From a bacterium (GTDB lineage Bacteria > DUMJ01), in the NCBI GenBank assembly GCA_049970495.1, contig JBMFMV010000003.1:8754-72753 (forward strand): a DNA stretch of 64,000 bases, written 5' to 3'. A program made the position numbers and the translations under genes. The notes under the pieces are model-generated. The model was not told the origin of the DNA and made no database searches. It saw only the letters and a program-made list of their open reading frames with translations. Each line of letters starts with the position of its first letter. Position 1 is the stretch's first letter. This document shows positions 20,763-30,619 of this stretch, in pieces.

Positions 20763-21387
20763 TTTCGAGCCATTCTACCCAGGTATCTATGCCTTCCTTT
20801 GTTTTACAGGAAAGAAGAAAGATTTTTGCATTCTTATTTAAAGCTATTATTCCATTTTTAAACCTTTCTAGGTCAAAATTTACATAAGGTAGAAGATCGA
20901 TCTTATTCAGTATGACTGCGTTTACTTTTGAAAACAGTCCAGGATACTTATATGGTTTATCATCTCCTTCTGGAATGCTAGATATGGCAATTCTTATATG
21001 TTCCCCTAAATCAAAGCTGGCAGGGCAGATAAGGTTTCCTATGTTTTCTATAAATAGATATTTTACATTAGAAAGAGAAAGCTTCTTAGTAGCCTCCCTT
21101 ATCATTGGGGCGTCAAGATGACAGTTCCCTCCAGTGTTTATTTGCACTACTGGGATATTAAATTTCGCCATCCTCTCACTGTCTATACTTGAGGCTACAT
21201 CCCCTTCTATTACCGCTACTTGAGACCCTAACCTAAAGATGGTTTCTAATATAAGACTTGTCTTTCCAGCTCCTGGAGAGGACATTATATTAATTGTAAA
21301 TACCTTTAGATTATCAAAAAACTCTCTGTTTAAAGCAGCAACTTGATCGTTAGCATCTAGGATATTCTTCACAATCTCTATTTTCAT
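20743..21387 (-). CDS. hypB: Hydrogenase nickel incorporation GTPase HypB
   Basis: P-loop SSPGAGKTSL. 214 aa. Confidence 0.85.
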   Translation of the reverse strand: MKIEIVKNILDANDQVAALNREFFDNLKVFTINIMSSPGAGKTSLILETIFRLGSQVAVIEGDVASSIDSERMAKFNIPVVQINTGGNCHLDAPMIREATKKLSLSNVKYLFIENIGNLICPASFDLGEHIRIAISSIPEGDDKPYKYPGLFSKVNAVILNKIDLLPYVNFDLERFKNGIIALNKNAKIFLLSCKTKEGIDTWVEWLESENSYK

Positions 21388-21715
21388 CTTCCACCTCTAT
21401 GCTCTCTATATAAAATTCTCTCCCTTCAATTACATCTCCGCCAATCTTTTTACAGTAGGGACACAGGTATGTTTCATCAGGAATGAACTCTTTTTGACAG
21501 TTGTAACATCTTAATTTTACAGGGATCCTTCTGAATAGAAGTTTTGTTCCCTCTAATGGTGTTGATCTTGTTAACAATTCGAAATAAAATTGGATAGACT
21601 CGTCAATAAAGCTAGAAAGATCTCCTATTACCAATTCTATAGTCTTTACCTTTTTGCCCTTACTTACTTCCGTAACTGTCTTTATTACCTCTTCTGTAAC
21701 TGCCAACTCATGCAT
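21350..21715 (-). CDS. hypA: Hydrogenase nickel insertion protein HypA
   Basis: MHELAVTEE N-terminus. CxxC...CxxC zinc site. ~12-aa acidic C-terminal tail overlaps hypB. Confidence 0.8.
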   Translation of the reverse strand: MHELAVTEEVIKTVTEVSKGKKVKTIELVIGDLSSFIDESIQFYFELLTRSTPLEGTKLLFRRIPVKLRCYNCQKEFIPDETYLCPYCKKIGGDVIEGREFYIESIEVEDENRDCEEYPRC

Positions 21716-22149
21716 ATCTCTTTTATCTTTTTTATAGCCTCCTCCGAGTTCTTTTTTGCTTCTTTAGTTATATCAAATCCAAAATCAAAGTTGTACCCTT
21801 TTATAGATACTAGATACGACTTAGGGCATACCCCGTAAAGTTCCTTGGTTATAGCTAGAAGCATCTCTGGACTTATATGATGAGAAAAGATTGGAGTTTT
21901 GTATCTAGGGGCTATCTCTCTAATAATAAAGTCTTCCACTTGATTTATACTAGCATCAACAAAAAAGACAAGCTCGTATCCTGAAATATCCTCACAGAGT
22001 TCAGGACCGAGCTCTTGAAGAGATATTACATCAACACTAATTTCCTCAAGTGAAAGTCTTTCAGTTACATATTCTCCAATCCCATCATCGCATCTTGCAG
22101 GATTTCCATAACCTATAATTAATATTCTAGTCCCTCTTGACGCTTCCAA
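21685..22149 (-). CDS. Hydrogenase maturation endopeptidase (HoxW/HycI family)
   Basis: ILIIGYGNPARCDDGIG motif. TTG start. Overlaps hoxH 3' end by 23 nt. Confidence 0.8.
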   Translation of the reverse strand: MEASRGTRILIIGYGNPARCDDGIGEYVTERLSLEEISVDVISLQELGPELCEDISGYELVFFVDASINQVEDFIIREIAPRYKTPIFSHHISPEMLLAITKELYGVCPKSYLVSIKGYNFDFGFDITKEAKKNSEEAIKKIKEICMSWQLQKR

Positions 22150-23554
22150 TCACCTCTCCGGTAGAACTAGAAATGATATCGATGACCATTGGCATCTTCC
22201 CTACAGCGTGAGTAGAACAGGAAAGGCATGGATCATAACATCTTATTAACCCTTCAACCCTATTAAGCATACCTTCGGTAAGATTTTTACCATCAATATA
22301 TCTTTTAGCTACTTCCTCTACTCCTTTACTCATAGCCCAATTATTATGACCAGTGGCTACTATTAGATTAACCTTTACTATTGTTCCTTTATTGTCTACC
22401 CAATAGTGATGGATAAGAGTTCCTCTAGGAGCCTCTATTACCCCTATCCCTTCAGGTAAAATCTTATCTGTGGTGACAAGTATATCGTCTGAGAGTATAT
22501 CTGGGTCTAATAGAAGTTCCTTAGCCCTCTCAGCTGCAAATAGATCCTCTATTAGTCGGGCATAGTGGTAATATAAAGACCCTTCTACTGGTTTTCCTCC
22601 ATTTATGCTCTTAAAGTTTTTAAATTCTTCTTGTGCAAGAGGAGTATCGACCTTTTCTGCAACATTTAATCTAGCTAAAGGTCCTACTCTATAAACCCCA
22701 TCTGGCCATCCTAGCTTCTTATAGAATGGAAACTTCAGATAAGACCAGTCTTCTACATGTTCCCCTATATAGTTTAGATAGGTAGATCCATCAAAGAGTT
22801 CTAAGAGATTACCATCTTTATCTATAAGTTTTACCTTGCCATCATATAGTTCTAATCCACCATTTTCTGTTACCAAACCCATATATCCACTTGGAAATAC
22901 TCCAAATTCTTCTACAGTCTCTTTATTCTTCTCTATCCAATCTTTAGCTAGACTTATACCTTCTTGTATATAAGAGATCATAGAATCTATCTCTTTTAAT
23001 AATTCATCTCTGTCCTTTACTGAGAGCGCATTATTTACACCACCTGGAACTGCGTAATTAGGATGTATCCTTCTCCCTGCAAGTTTGGCTATTATCTCCT
23101 GTCCAAATTTACGAAGCTTTACCGCCTTCATTGCTAACTCGGGATTTGCCTCTATTATACCGACGACATTTCTAATCTTAGGGTCTGCGTCCCACCCAAA
23201 GATTAGGTCCGGACCAGCTAACTCAAAGAAATGCATAGAATGAGATTGTATAACTTGTCCCATATGCATAAGCTCTCTAAGTAGCTTTGCTGGTCTAGGA
23301 ATATCTGCAGAGATAATGGCGTCACAAGCCTTAGCAGAGGCTAGATGATGACTTACAGGACATATACCGCAGATTCGCGGAGTTATAACTGGCATTTCAT
23401 AGAACATTCTTCCTTCACTAAATTTCTCAAATCCCCTAAATTGGTCTACATGGAAATAAGCCCTATCAACCTTACCATCATCATTTATATATATTGTTAT
23501 TCTAGCATGTCCCTCTATTCTTGTTACTGGTTGGATAGTTATCTTTTGGGTCAT
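22127..23554 (-). CDS. [NiFe]-hydrogenase large subunit, cytoplasmic group-3-like
   Basis: N-terminal RICGICPVSHH and C-terminal DPCLSCSTH Ni-Fe ligands. 26-aa C-terminal extension for protease cleavage. Confidence 0.85.
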   Translation of the reverse strand: MTQKITIQPVTRIEGHARITIYINDDGKVDRAYFHVDQFRGFEKFSEGRMFYEMPVITPRICGICPVSHHLASAKACDAIISADIPRPAKLLRELMHMGQVIQSHSMHFFELAGPDLIFGWDADPKIRNVVGIIEANPELAMKAVKLRKFGQEIIAKLAGRRIHPNYAVPGGVNNALSVKDRDELLKEIDSMISYIQEGISLAKDWIEKNKETVEEFGVFPSGYMGLVTENGGLELYDGKVKLIDKDGNLLELFDGSTYLNYIGEHVEDWSYLKFPFYKKLGWPDGVYRVGPLARLNVAEKVDTPLAQEEFKNFKSINGGKPVEGSLYYHYARLIEDLFAAERAKELLLDPDILSDDILVTTDKILPEGIGVIEAPRGTLIHHYWVDNKGTIVKVNLIVATGHNNWAMSKGVEEVAKRYIDGKNLTEGMLNRVEGLIRCYDPCLSCSTHAVGKMPMVIDIISSSTGEVIGSVKRD

Positions 23555-23566
23555 TGCTACCTCCTT

Positions 23567-24109
23567 CTAATCATACCTTAATAAATCACCAACAAGAAGC
23601 GGTTTGCGTCCCTCTACTAATTCTCTTAGTACATAATATATTGCATCAGCTCTAGGCGGACATCCAGGTATATAAAAATCTACCTTCACTATTTGATTTA
23701 CTGCCTTAGCTAGCTTTGTGTGTTTACCTATCTCAGGTGAAGTAGGAATTTTACCGTTCACTGTGCTTTCTGTCTCTATATAACCACGTCTCAATAGCTC
23801 TTCCACCGGGAAATAATTCCTCATGGTTACTATACCACCAAATACAGCACAATCGCCTATGGCTATAAGGAATTTACACTTGTCCCTCATATGTTTTACA
23901 ACTTCTATATGGTGATCTGTACTAACCGCTCCTTCCAAAATACCTATATCTACTTCCTCTGTAGGCTCTTTAAAATCTGTTATGGGAGTAGCGTTTAACT
24001 CTACTCCCATCTTTACCAGTTCAACTAAACGTTCATCCATATCTAATATTGACATATGACATCCAGAACATCCATCGAGCCAATCTGTGGCTATAGTAAT
24101 CTTTTTCAT
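23567..24109 (-). CDS. [NiFe]-hydrogenase small subunit (short HoxY-like, no Tat signal)
   Basis: DGCSGCHMS, GDCAVFGG and PGCPP cluster motifs. 180 aa. Confidence 0.8.
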   Translation of the reverse strand: MKKITIATDWLDGCSGCHMSILDMDERLVELVKMGVELNATPITDFKEPTEEVDIGILEGAVSTDHHIEVVKHMRDKCKFLIAIGDCAVFGGIVTMRNYFPVEELLRRGYIETESTVNGKIPTSPEIGKHTKLAKAVNQIVKVDFYIPGCPPRADAIYYVLRELVEGRKPLLVGDLLRYD

Positions 24110-24121
24110 AACTTTCCTCCT

Positions 24122-25780
24122 TTACCTTCCTAGAAGTATACTGAGGATTTCGCCATTAGTCTTTACACCTTTTTTAGGTGTCAAAACTTTGACGAGCTTT
24201 TGTTCTATCCCCTCTATGTTTATATATGTCCCCTCTTCTTCCAACCAGATAGAGCTTGGCAGTACAATATCTGCAGATTCAACCGCTGGAGTATAATAAC
24301 TAGTCTGCAAAATGACCTTATTTAAATTCTCAGGAAGTTTATCTATGTAAGGAGCAACTATATAGGCATTTTTCTTAAGAACAAAGCTTCCATTGAGTCC
24401 AATCTTTTTAGCCCCAAGATAGTTTGATGCAGGGGCAAGCCATATGAATTTTGCTTTGCCACTTATACGAGATAAACTATCTGCTATGGTCTTGTCTATC
24501 TGGCTATATATAATAATAGGACTATTCCCTGTAAGTGCATTACCTATGGCTTTGTCTAGGTCCTTCATTTGATATGAAAGTTTGGCAAGTTTGTTTAGGC
24601 TATTTGGTTTATCATCGACTACTATAAGTTCACCATCATTAAAGACTGCTCTCTTTACAAATGAACCTACTACACCAAAATTCTTATCCAGATCCACCCC
24701 TATTATAACAATCTTATCTGCACTTAGTATATCACTCATCTTACCGAAATTGTCTATAGGATTAGAGGTATTTTCTATTAACCCGATGTTATCTCCTAGG
24801 AGGTCTTTAAACTTAGAAAGGACCTCTAAAGGTAAAGAGGCAGAGATATATCCAACTGTTTCCTTTTCAGCAAGTATTTCCTTTGCCTTATCTATAGCTT
24901 CTTCCCATGTAACAGGTTCTAATTTACCATCTTTTCTTATCATAGGTTGAGTAATTCTCTCTTTTGTATCATTTAGAGGTTCATATCTACCTAACTTGCA
25001 TAGAACTCCATTATTTATGGGATTCTCCCAGTCTCCTAAGATCTGTACTATATGATTAGCCCTTTTATAAACTTCTATTCCACAACCAACACTGCAGTTT
25101 GCACATATAGTCTTTATCAATTCACTTTCTTTTCTAGTGCCAAGGTAGACGCCTTTTTTATCGGTTAATGCACCAGTAGGACAGACCTGTACGCAGAGGC
25201 CACAGGAAACACAAGAAGACTCTCCAAGAGGCACATTTAGATCGGCAGTAAGCATGGAATCAATTCCTCTTTGACTTATACCTAAGACATTGTGACCAGC
25301 CATCTCTGAACAAGCCCTGATACATCTCCTACATAGAACACACCTATTATGGTCTACCAATATATATTGGTGACTTGTATCTACAGGGAATTTTGTTATA
25401 TAAGTTGGAAGTTCGAAGTGATCCAGTCCCATAGAATAGCCTAGGTCTTGGAGCTCACAATTACCGCTCATTTCACAGTACATACAGTAGTGATTTCTCT
25501 CTGAAAAGATAAGGTTTAGTACAAATTTCCTAGCTTTTTTTACCGTTTCGGTATCTGTTTGTATCTCCATCCCTTCAGATACAGGCAGGGTGCAAGAAGC
25601 TTGCAATACCCCAGGCCTTGTTTCTACTACACACATCCTACAAGCCCCTATAGAAGTTAACTTTGGATGGTAACACAACACCGGTACATCTATTCCAATT
25701 TCTTTTAATACTTCAAGAACTGTTTTCCCCTCTTCAACCTGAGCCGGTTGTCCATTTATTTTGATATTTACTAAAGCCAT
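24122..25780 (-). CDS. NuoG/HoxU-like iron-sulfur subunit (2Fe-2S plus 4Fe-4S clusters plus truncated molybdopterin-oxidoreductase fold)
   Basis: N-terminal 2Fe-2S ferredoxin fold (CYHPKL...CRMC). CxxCxxxC clusters. CANCSVGCG Fe4S4 motif of the molybdopterin-oxidoreductase family. 552 aa. Confidence 0.7.
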   Translation of the reverse strand: MALVNIKINGQPAQVEEGKTVLEVLKEIGIDVPVLCYHPKLTSIGACRMCVVETRPGVLQASCTLPVSEGMEIQTDTETVKKARKFVLNLIFSERNHYCMYCEMSGNCELQDLGYSMGLDHFELPTYITKFPVDTSHQYILVDHNRCVLCRRCIRACSEMAGHNVLGISQRGIDSMLTADLNVPLGESSCVSCGLCVQVCPTGALTDKKGVYLGTRKESELIKTICANCSVGCGIEVYKRANHIVQILGDWENPINNGVLCKLGRYEPLNDTKERITQPMIRKDGKLEPVTWEEAIDKAKEILAEKETVGYISASLPLEVLSKFKDLLGDNIGLIENTSNPIDNFGKMSDILSADKIVIIGVDLDKNFGVVGSFVKRAVFNDGELIVVDDKPNSLNKLAKLSYQMKDLDKAIGNALTGNSPIIIYSQIDKTIADSLSRISGKAKFIWLAPASNYLGAKKIGLNGSFVLKKNAYIVAPYIDKLPENLNKVILQTSYYTPAVESADIVLPSSIWLEEEGTYINIEGIEQKLVKVLTPKKGVKTNGEILSILLGR

Positions 25781-25883
25781 TTAAGACCTCCTCGCTAATC
25801 TAAGAAATTACCTAAAATATTTTAAACATAAAATCTAGCCAAGTCAAGTAATTGTATGAGTTACATACATTTGAGACTCCGGA

Positions 25884-26292
25884 TTACATTTTAAACATAT
25901 AATCAGTAGGAGATAAATTATTTAAGCTTTTATGTACCCTCTTAGTAGTATACAAATAACATAGTCTATAGGTAAACTTGTGTTCTATTCCTCTCCCTTT
26001 CAAGTACTTGTCAAAGACACCTAAGAATTCCGAACCATTATCTGTTTGCACAACCATAATTAGAAGACTAGAATCATAGTTGATCCTAGCTTAAGCCAAA
26101 TATGTATCATCCAAACACCTGGTAGCTCTTATAAACCTCAATCAAGATAGACTTTCTACATCTTTTCTATTACTATTAAAGTTCTCTATTCAAATTTTAG
26201 GATATTTATCTTTCTTTATACCTTTCGCAAAGTAACCTGAACTTCTCCTCAGCCTCCTATAAAGAGTTCTCTGATTTAAGATCAGAGAATTT
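25884..26292 (-). mobile_element. Degraded IS transposase remnant (rve DDE integrase core, IS3/IS481-like), multiply frameshifted or deleted
   Basis: Minus-strand translation gives ...VVQTDNGSEFLGVFDKYLKGRGIEHKFT...SLNNLSPTDYMFKM*, the DDE TDNGSEF motif plus a C-terminal block. Upstream out-of-frame pieces encode an HTH-like NQRTLYRRLRR. No intact ORF. Confidence 0.6.
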
Positions 26293-26417
26293 CCTAGAGT
26301 TAAGATACGATGCGGGTTTAGAAAAATAGATGCAACGCATGTGTCATTTTCAAAATTGGAATTGTCTTAGGAGCGCCTACTCGAAGTCTACCAAAGTAAA
26401 AATAAATATATAATAAA

Positions 26418-26444
26418 GTAGGGCAGATGTTTTACCTGCCCTAC
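26418..26444 (-). terminator. Rho-independent terminator of the solute-binding-protein gene
   Basis: gtagggcag / ctgccctac forms a 9-bp stem with a 9-nt loop. Minus-strand continuation is T-rich (TTTATTATATATTTATTT). Confidence 0.55.
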
Positions 26445-26467
26445 AAAGTATTGCCATCAATAATGAT

Positions 26468-28417
26468 TTACTTCTTAAAGAAGAACTGCTCTGGACGAGC
26501 ATTCTTTGGGGATCTTATGTTATCGTCCCATAGGAGCCCATCAGGGATATTTCTAAAATTATTTTTAACTACTATAAGCTGTGGCACCTCTCCTACAAGT
26601 CCTATCATCCAGATATTCTTTTTGTGGAGGTTAATTATCTCTTTAAAGTATCTATTCCTTTGTTTTTCGTCACCTGTAACCTTTACTTTGTCCCAAAGTT
26701 CATAGATTTTTCTAATATCTCCCCTGGGTTCTTCTCCACCTTTTCCGCCAGTAGTATACCATGTTGCATATAGAGGAGCCCAAGGAGCTTCTGCTACCAT
26801 CCCCAATAGATGTCCTGGATCAGAAAGAACTGCTACATTTCTATCAAAGCCCCATACTCCAACTTCTAATTCTCCAGCTCTAGCTCTTGTTACATATAGA
26901 GAACGTTCTAAAGGTTTTAACGCTACTTTTATCCCTATGTTTTCCCAGTATTTCTTTATAACTTCCATATATGGCCTGTCTCCGGAGTATTCTATAGTAA
27001 TTGCTAGCGTCTTTCCATCTGGTCTTAATCTAAATCCATCTTTATCTCTCTTGGTTAGCCCCATTTTATCTAGATACTCATTCGCTTTCTTAGGATTGTA
27101 TTCTGCATAAGCCTTCTCCCACTCTGGATCGTAGAAAGGTGCTCCACTTATTATAGACGCTTGCCTAGGTTCTCCTAAACCTAGATAGAATAATTGATTT
27201 ATCTCTTCTCTGTTTATAGCTAAGGATAGAGCAAATCTAAATCTTCTATCCTCAAAGATCTTTCTTAGCACTGGGTCTTTTACGTTTTGATTAAGTAATA
27301 TTGCTGGGCTAGCTCCCGTTCCTTGTGGCCATCTTAATACTCTATAATCTCCCTTTGTTCTGTTCTCCATAAGTAGCGTGTAATCTGCAAGGGCTAATCC
27401 CCTTTCCTGCATATCCACTTCACCAGCAATAGCTTTTAGGACTGCAGTTTCTCCAGACTGTAATAGGAGATGAGTTATTCTATCGATATAGGGAAGCTGA
27501 TTACCAGCTGGATCTATCTTCCAATAGTAGGGATTTCTTTCCATTACTTGTAAGGTTACAGTATGAGGGGTGGTTGTTCTCCAGGGATAAATTACAGGTA
27601 ATTCTGGATTCTGTAAGAAGTCATTCTTGTTACTAAAAAGTTGATACCAATTTTGAAGGCCTTCCTTCTTCACAAGCTCATCTAGTTTTTCTTTAGGAGT
27701 ATACTTAGGATGAAACTGTTTTAAGTAGTGTTTTGGGGCGAAGAATGTATGTCCCCCTCCCATCTTTCCTATAGATATAAGGAAAAGTGGGCTGGGTTCT
27801 TCGAAAGTAACTCTAAATGAGTATGTATCGATTTTATCTATCTTACATGGTTTACCTCCAGCTATAAGCCATGTAGGAATTGTTGGTGTAAGCTCCTTGT
27901 TTAAAAGAATATCTTCATACCAGAACATTACGTCTTCGGTTGTTAGTGGTATCCCATCAGACCATTTTATACCCTCTCTAAGTTTAAATGTGTAGACTTT
28001 GGCGTCTCTTGAGACCTTCCAACTCTCTGCAACATTGGGTAATATTTTGGTCCCATCTTTATTAAACATTACTAAATGTTCGCTACAGAGTTTATAAGGA
28101 CCGGGAGAATCTGAAAGTCCAGACCAAGTTCTTCTCCAAGTCCCCCCGTATTCTCCAATCTCCTCATAAGGTGTTACAACTAGAGGGTTTTTAGGTAATC
28201 TTTGTTCTACTGGTGGAAGTTTTCCTTGTTTCACTAATTCTGCCAATTGTGGAGCTTCGTTGAATTTAGTAATTTTCTTGCCAGTGAGTTTCTCATAATC
28301 TGAGAGATTATAATACTCTCCTACCTCTACTTTTTCGGCACTGAAACTTATTTTGACAAGGCTTAGAAACATACTAATGCATACAAATAGAATTGTTAAT
28401 ATACGCCAAATTCTCAT
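26468..28417 (-). CDS. ABC transporter substrate-binding protein, family 5 (oligopeptide/oligosaccharide/nickel type), orphan
   Basis: Signal peptide MRIWRILTILFVCISMFLSLVKISFSA. 649-aa SBP_bac_5-like architecture. No permease or ATPase genes adjacent. Confidence 0.65.
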   Translation of the reverse strand: MRIWRILTILFVCISMFLSLVKISFSAEKVEVGEYYNLSDYEKLTGKKITKFNEAPQLAELVKQGKLPPVEQRLPKNPLVVTPYEEIGEYGGTWRRTWSGLSDSPGPYKLCSEHLVMFNKDGTKILPNVAESWKVSRDAKVYTFKLREGIKWSDGIPLTTEDVMFWYEDILLNKELTPTIPTWLIAGGKPCKIDKIDTYSFRVTFEEPSPLFLISIGKMGGGHTFFAPKHYLKQFHPKYTPKEKLDELVKKEGLQNWYQLFSNKNDFLQNPELPVIYPWRTTTPHTVTLQVMERNPYYWKIDPAGNQLPYIDRITHLLLQSGETAVLKAIAGEVDMQERGLALADYTLLMENRTKGDYRVLRWPQGTGASPAILLNQNVKDPVLRKIFEDRRFRFALSLAINREEINQLFYLGLGEPRQASIISGAPFYDPEWEKAYAEYNPKKANEYLDKMGLTKRDKDGFRLRPDGKTLAITIEYSGDRPYMEVIKKYWENIGIKVALKPLERSLYVTRARAGELEVGVWGFDRNVAVLSDPGHLLGMVAEAPWAPLYATWYTTGGKGGEEPRGDIRKIYELWDKVKVTGDEKQRNRYFKEIINLHKKNIWMIGLVGEVPQLIVVKNNFRNIPDGLLWDDNIRSPKNARPEQFFFKK

Positions 28418-28496
28418 ATCCTCTTACCCTCCTTTTGGTTTTTTATAGCAAAACATAGTTAAATATCCTACAAATATTGTACCACTAATTTTAAAA

Positions 28497-29882
28497 TTAG
28501 TAAAGATATCTCCAGGTTCTGCCGTCTTTTTTTATAAAGTCTTCTGCCTCTTTTGGACCAAAAGAACCTACCGAATAGATAGGAATTTGAGGATTATCCT
28601 TCCAGAATTCAATTATTGGTTGTACTATTTCCCACGCCTTTTCTATTTCATCTTCTCTTATAAATAGGGTCTGATCACCTCTAATGAGGTCTATAAAGAG
28701 TGTCTCATAAGCCTCTATATTCTGACTACTCCACTCCATAGAGGTAGGTATTGGACAGGATAGGATACTACTTCCTAGGGGCCTAAGCTGAAAACTCAGT
28801 ATAATTTTATTTTCTGGGGCAATTTTAAAGCCTATTATATCTTCTTGGGGTGTACAATCTAATAACTTTGAGAACAAGCCGGGTATTTTCTTAAATACAA
28901 TAATTGCTGATGTCTCTTTTTTCTTCAATTTCTTACCTGTCCTCAAATAAAAAGGCACACCATCCCATCTGAGATTCTCTATATAAAATTTTATTCCAGC
29001 GTATGTCTCTGTATAGGACTTAGAAAGTCCTTCATCTGCTAGGTATCCTTCATACTGTCCTCTTACTGTGTATAAGGGTACCTCTTCATATCTTATTTCC
29101 TTTATACTCTTTAAGACTTTTACTTTTTCATCTCTTATGGCGTTTTCGTTTATACAGCATGGCGGTTCCATAGCTATTAATGTGAGTATCTGGATTAGAT
29201 GGTTTTGTACCATATCTCTTAGAGCTCCAACTTTATCGTAGTATCCTAATCTTCCTTCTACGCCTACATCTTCTAATGCTGATATCTGTATATGATCTAT
29301 GAAGTTTCTATTCCAAATCCCTTCAAAGATTATATTAGAAAATCTTAGTCCAAAGATATTTTGTACCGTCTCTTTACCTAAAAAATGGTCTATTCTATAA
29401 ATCTCCTCTTCCTTAAAAAATTCTTTAATGATTCTATTAAGTCTCTTAGCAGATTCTAGATCATAGCCAAATGGCTTTTCAATGACTATTTTCCTTTTGT
29501 TAGAAAACTCTTTTAAAAGATGCCCTAGGTTTATAATTATTGATTCAAAAGTAAATGGTGGAGTAGCTAAATAGAAGATTAATTCTTCATCTTTAAATCT
29601 TGATAGAATCTCCTTTAGATTTTTATACTCCTCTATTTTGTCTAAGTCGATTCTTACAAATTCAAAGAGGGAGAAAAATCTAGGATCATCTGATTTTATA
29701 GAGGTCCTTAGCATTTGAATAAACTCTTCTTTCCCAACGTTAGGTCTTCTTCCCGTACCTATTATTTTTGAGCAGTTTATTAAATGATGTCCTCTATACA
29801 GGTTGTAAAGAACAGGGTACAATTTAGACCTTGCCAAATCTCCTAGTCCTCCAAATATTATTATTACAAATCTTCTTTCCAT
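28497..29882 (-). CDS. zwf: Glucose-6-phosphate 1-dehydrogenase
   Basis: RIDHFLGKE active-site motif, EKPFG, N-terminal FGGLGDLA NADP motif. Confidence 0.85.
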   Translation of the reverse strand: MERRFVIIIFGGLGDLARSKLYPVLYNLYRGHHLINCSKIIGTGRRPNVGKEEFIQMLRTSIKSDDPRFFSLFEFVRIDLDKIEEYKNLKEILSRFKDEELIFYLATPPFTFESIIINLGHLLKEFSNKRKIVIEKPFGYDLESAKRLNRIIKEFFKEEEIYRIDHFLGKETVQNIFGLRFSNIIFEGIWNRNFIDHIQISALEDVGVEGRLGYYDKVGALRDMVQNHLIQILTLIAMEPPCCINENAIRDEKVKVLKSIKEIRYEEVPLYTVRGQYEGYLADEGLSKSYTETYAGIKFYIENLRWDGVPFYLRTGKKLKKKETSAIIVFKKIPGLFSKLLDCTPQEDIIGFKIAPENKIILSFQLRPLGSSILSCPIPTSMEWSSQNIEAYETLFIDLIRGDQTLFIREDEIEKAWEIVQPIIEFWKDNPQIPIYSVGSFGPKEAEDFIKKDGRTWRYLY

Positions 29883-30043
29883 AAGGTTATCTACCTCTTT
29901 CTTAACATATTTTTGTAGATAAATTATATCACTTTAATGAGATTTCTTCTAAATGCTATTAAACTGAGGTTAGATTGATAACCTCTTTGATGCGCTATAT
30001 ACTAGTAAGCAAAAGTTTAAATTGATTGAATAGGAGGTTATAT

Positions 30044-30619
30044 ATGAAATTAAAGGGCAAAAGGGTAGTAATTCTAGTTTCTAATGAATTTGAAGATATA
30101 GAAGTCTTTTATCCATTTCTTAGACTTAGCGAAGAAGGGGCATGGATAACTTTTGGTATATATCAGAGAGGATTTCATCCAAGGCCTGCGTTCCCTGGTA
30201 AGCCAATAACAGGAAGATTTGGACTTACTGTTCCTCCTATGTTTCATAGAGAAGGATATAGATATGATGTAAAAGAGGCTACCGAGTTGTCCCCTGATGA
30301 TTATGATGCAGTAATAATTCCGGGTGGATTTTCTCCAGACTATCTAAGGAGAGAGCCAAAGATTACCGAGTTTGTTAGTAAGATGTACGAACAGGGTAAA
30401 GTTGTAGCTGCTATATGTCATGGCCCCTGGCTTATAATCTCTGCCAAAATAGCTAAAGGAAAGAGAATAGCAGGTGTTACACCTATAAAAGATGATATAG
30501 AAAACGCAGGGGCCATCTTTGTTGATGAGCCAGTAGCAGTTGACGGAAATATAATAACAAGTAGAGTACCTGATGACCTACCTGAATTCTGTCAGGCTAT
30601 AATTAACGCTATGTCATAA
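30044..30619 (+). CDS. DJ-1/PfpI family protease/deglycase
   Basis: Nucleophile elbow AAICHGP. ATG at 30044 preceded by AGGAGG; the ORF-track TTG start at 30026 is not used. Confidence 0.8.
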   Translation: MKLKGKRVVILVSNEFEDIEVFYPFLRLSEEGAWITFGIYQRGFHPRPAFPGKPITGRFGLTVPPMFHREGYRYDVKEATELSPDDYDAVIIPGGFSPDYLRREPKITEFVSKMYEQGKVVAAICHGPWLIISAKIAKGKRIAGVTPIKDDIENAGAIFVDEPVAVDGNIITSRVPDDLPEFCQAIINAMS

